Of a stretch of 64,000 nucleotides of DNA, positions 61,378 to 64,000 are shown one piece after another. The notes beneath the pieces are model-generated. The model saw nothing but the letters and a program-made list of their open reading frames with translations, was not told the origin of the DNA and did no database searches. This DNA comes from Candidatus Eiseniibacteriota bacterium (GTDB lineage Bacteria; Eisenbacteria; RBG-16-71-46), in the NCBI GenBank assembly GCA_041483195.1, contig JBGPFC010000011.1, positions 1-64,000 on the forward strand, in the 5' to 3' direction. Position 1 is the first letter of the stretch. The number at the start of each line of letters is the position of its first letter. The position numbers were made by a program, and so were the translations under genes.

Positions 61378-62751
61378 GTGACCTTCGTCCCGCTCACCCG
61401 CCGGCTCATCGCGCTGTGCTGGATGGCCAGCTTCGCGCTCCCTTCTCACGCGGCCGCCGCCGACGGCGCGCCGGTCGCGCTCCCGGACAGCACCGTCCTC
61501 GAGAGTTGGACGCTTCCCAACGGCCTGCGCGTGGTGACGCGCCACGTTCCGTACTGCGGTTCGGTGGACGTCACGCTCGCCTACGGATTCGGGAACGCGG
61601 ACGATCCGCTCGGCAGGGAGGGTCTGCACGCGCTGCTGGCCGAGCTCGAGTACATGGGCGCCACCGCCGAGGCCCCCGAACGTTCGCGCGGCGACATGTC
61701 GAGCCAGCGCCCGGCGGGGTGGGATCTCGCGCTCTCGCCGCACCTCACGCGCTTCTCGGAGCTCGCCGGCGTCCAGCAGTTTCCGGGTGTGCTGCACCAG
61801 GTCGCGACGCGTCTGCGTGGCGTGACCGTCACGGCGCCCGGCCTGCGCACGTGCCTGGGCGCGGTGCGCGCGGACCTCGATTCGAGCTATCGCGCCGATG
61901 TCGGCACGGCGCTCTACTACGGCGCCGCGATCTGGGCGCGCGGGGGCGACGACGCGAGGTGCGCGCGGATCGCGTCGGGAAAGGGGCTGCAGGGGCTGAA
62001 CGCGCGCGATCTCCAGCGGCAGCTGCGCGAAGCGTTCGTCCCCGCGAACGCGGTGCTCAGCATCGCGGGCAACCTCGCCTCGGTGCCGGTGCGCGCGCTG
62101 GTGCTGAACGAGTTCGGCTCGATCCCGGCGGGCAGCGCCTTCCCGGCCCCGGTCCACGCTGCCCTCGACTCGGCCAGCTGCGCGACGGCGCGGCGCGAGG
62201 CGCGCGGCGCGGCGGGGGTGGTGGGCCTGTTCGCCCCGGCGCTCACCGACAGCACGCATCCCGCCTTCCTCATGCAGCTGCTGCTGGCCGGCGGACACTG
62301 CGCGGATCGATGGGGCGCGGCCGATCCGCCGCTCCGTTCGCGCTTTCAGTACGCGGTGCTCGACGACCCGGAAATCGCGCGCTTTTACGCGCCGGTGCAG
62401 GCCGACGCGAAGGACCCGGACGTCATGACCGTGGAGTTCACATCGACGCTCGGCGAGGTGAACGCGATGATCGTGGAGCCCAAGACCTACCAGCAGATCT
62501 GGCGCAGCGTGGACTGGCTGCTGGGCGGTCCCCTGCCGCCCGAGCTGGGGAAGCGGGTGCTGAAGGACGCCGGCACGCTGCACGCGCTCGCGTCGGGCAT
62601 GGCGGCGCGCGAGCTGTGGGGCGGCGAGCCGTTCTGGTCAGAGTACCGGCGGCGCTTCCGCGACGCGATCGATCACCCGTTCCCCAAGTGGTACGAATGG
62701 TTCGTGGCCCCGGAACACCGGGTCGCGCTGCTGATGGTGCCGAGGCCGTGA
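61378..62751 (+). CDS. Exported M16 (insulinase)-like protein, apparently lacking the HxxEH site
   Basis: GGAGG RBS, signal peptide; TLPNGLRV...G..DDP.GREGLHALLAEL; F.P.NAVLSIAG. Confidence 0.72.
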   Translation: MTFVPLTRRLIALCWMASFALPSHAAAADGAPVALPDSTVLESWTLPNGLRVVTRHVPYCGSVDVTLAYGFGNADDPLGREGLHALLAELEYMGATAEAPERSRGDMSSQRPAGWDLALSPHLTRFSELAGVQQFPGVLHQVATRLRGVTVTAPGLRTCLGAVRADLDSSYRADVGTALYYGAAIWARGGDDARCARIASGKGLQGLNARDLQRQLREAFVPANAVLSIAGNLASVPVRALVLNEFGSIPAGSAFPAPVHAALDSASCATARREARGAAGVVGLFAPALTDSTHPAFLMQLLLAGGHCADRWGAADPPLRSRFQYAVLDDPEIARFYAPVQADAKDPDVMTVEFTSTLGEVNAMIVEPKTYQQIWRSVDWLLGGPLPPELGKRVLKDAGTLHALASGMAARELWGGEPFWSEYRRRFRDAIDHPFPKWYEWFVAPEHRVALLMVPRP

Positions 62752-62761
62752 GGCCGCGCCC

Positions 62762-63067
62762 TTAGCCCCGGGGCCAGCGAGCGGCGAGCGCCTCGAGCCT
62801 GCCGGCGAGCTCGACGTCGCGCGCGCTGATCCCGCCCGCGTCGTGCGTCGTGAGCTCGATCGTCACCGTGTCGTAAACGTTCGACCACTCGGGATGATGG
62901 TCCAGCTGCTGGACCAGCAGCGCGGCCGCCGACATGAAGCCCCAGGCCTCCACGAAGTCGTGAAAGCGATAGACGCGTCGCAACTTTCCGCCCGCGAGCT
63001 CCCAGACATGAAGCTCCCGCAGCGCCTGCGCGAGCGCATCGTCGGTGAGCCTGGCCACGTGTCCCAT
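62762..63067 (-). CDS. Pterin-4-alpha-carbinolamine dehydratase
   Basis: F.DF..A.GFM, DHHPEWSNVY..V.I.LTTHDAGG.S.RD..LA. Confidence 0.93.
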   Translation of the reverse strand: MGHVARLTDDALAQALRELHVWELAGGKLRRVYRFHDFVEAWGFMSAAALLVQQLDHHPEWSNVYDTVTIELTTHDAGGISARDVELAGRLEALAARWPRG

Positions 63068-63145
63068 CGTTCGCCTCCCTGATGCGCGGCGCGCCTCGCG
63101 CCGCGCGTTGACCCTCACACCGTGCCTTGCTACCTTGCGACGCGC

Positions 63146-63793
63146 ATGTCGCGGCGCATTCTCATCGGCATCGCCGGCGGATCCGGATCCGGCAAGACGC
63201 TGGTCGCCCGCACGATCGTGCGCGGCCTCGGCTCCGGACGAGTCGTCATCATCGACCAGGATTCCTACTACCGGAACCTCGAAGACATCCCGCTCGGAGA
63301 GCGCGAGTCCCGCAATTTCGACCATCCCGACGCGTTCGACAACGAGCTCATGCTGCGGCACGTCGAGGAGCTGCTCGCGGGCCGCACCATCGCCCAGCCC
63401 ATCTACGACTACGCAGAGCACCGGCGCCTCGAGGAGACGCGCGAGGTCGGCGAGCACCTGATCATCGTGCTCGAGGGCATCCTGATCTTCGTCGACCCGG
63501 CGCTGCGCGCGCTCATGGACATCAAGCTCTTCATCGACGCCGACGCCGACGTGCGTTTCATCCGCCGGCTGCGGCGCGACCTGGTCGAGCGCGGGCGTTC
63601 GGTGGACAGCATCATCCGCCAGTACGAGGAGAGCGTGCGCCCCATGCACGAACAGTTCGTCGAGCCGTCCAAGCGATGGGCCGACGTCATCATCCCCGAA
63701 GGCGGGCACAACCAGGTCGCGATCGACCTGGTGAAGACCAAGATCCGCGACCTGTTGCGCGAGCGAGGCGTCGAGCCGGTTCCCGCCGTCTGA
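63146..63793 (+). CDS. udk: Uridine kinase
   Basis: IGIAGGSGSGKT, DSYY, NFDHPDAFD, EGIL, RRLRRD..ERGRS, VRPMHEQFVEPSKRWAD. Confidence 0.96.
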   Translation: MSRRILIGIAGGSGSGKTLVARTIVRGLGSGRVVIIDQDSYYRNLEDIPLGERESRNFDHPDAFDNELMLRHVEELLAGRTIAQPIYDYAEHRRLEETREVGEHLIIVLEGILIFVDPALRALMDIKLFIDADADVRFIRRLRRDLVERGRSVDSIIRQYEESVRPMHEQFVEPSKRWADVIIPEGGHNQVAIDLVKTKIRDLLRERGVEPVPAV

Positions 63794-63814
63794 ACCGCGC
63801 CTCACGCCCCGTGC

Positions 63815-64000
63815 TCAACGCGCGCGCGCGCTCGCCGTCGCCCGCGCACGCGGCGAACGCCCGGCACGCCCCGCCGGGGCCACCTCGCCCGCGATCAGGT
63901 GGTACGCGCGCAGCGCCTCCCCCACCGACCACGCCTGAGCGATGCAGCCGCACGGGGCGTGGGGCGGATCGCCGTTCGCGATCTCCGGGAGCGTGCCGGC
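63815..64000 (-). CDS. Glycogen debranching enzyme (amylo-alpha-1,6-glucosidase), 3' end only
   Basis: Minus-strand frame reads [33 protein letters not shown]...stop; GCIAQAWSV is the characteristic C-terminal motif of this family. Confidence 0.8.
   Translation of the reverse strand, partial: AGTLPEIANGDPPHAPCGCIAQAWSVGEALRAYHLIAGEVAPAGRAGRSPRARATASARAR

Overview
High-GC bacterial genome window. The several FlgD/T9SS-like C-terminal domains, a PorV-family barrel and a protein ending in SWGxLKxxYR suggest an FCB-group-like lineage such as Eisenbacteria; this is an inference, not a search result. The left 17.7 kb is the notable part: a tightly coupled minus-strand operon for a predicted cytochrome nanowire/extracellular electron transfer machine. 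It encodes an NHL propeller, an OmcS-like hexaheme cytochrome, a ~10-heme cytochrome, an outer-membrane beta-barrel, two CsgG/DUF799-like lipoproteins, a ResB-like periplasmic protein, a 42-heme cytochrome and a NarL-type two-component pair. Divergent from it is a CcmF heme lyase whose frame runs without a stop into a TonB-dependent receptor (TBDR). Both arms have sigma54-like promoters, and the block is bracketed by two inverted, 233/235-nt identical copies of the TBDR 5' end. The rest is mostly housekeeping or secretome: ThiI/MnmA-like enzyme, O-methyltransferase, S9 peptidase, aceE, secreted ComEC-like MBL protein, SDRs, GNAT, metH, a lower-GC two-gene island, sixA, tandem M3 oligopeptidases and an E2-lipB-(Fe-S carrier)-DUF2203-nadA-lipA run. 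Further right are an rpiB-add-TBDR-PorV-lipoprotein-secreted protein locus that may serve nucleic-acid/nucleoside scavenging, an M16-like protein, pterin dehydratase, udk and the 3' end of a glycogen debranching enzyme. No rRNA, tRNA, CRISPR array or transposase was recognised. Family calls come from motifs read by eye; no searches were run.
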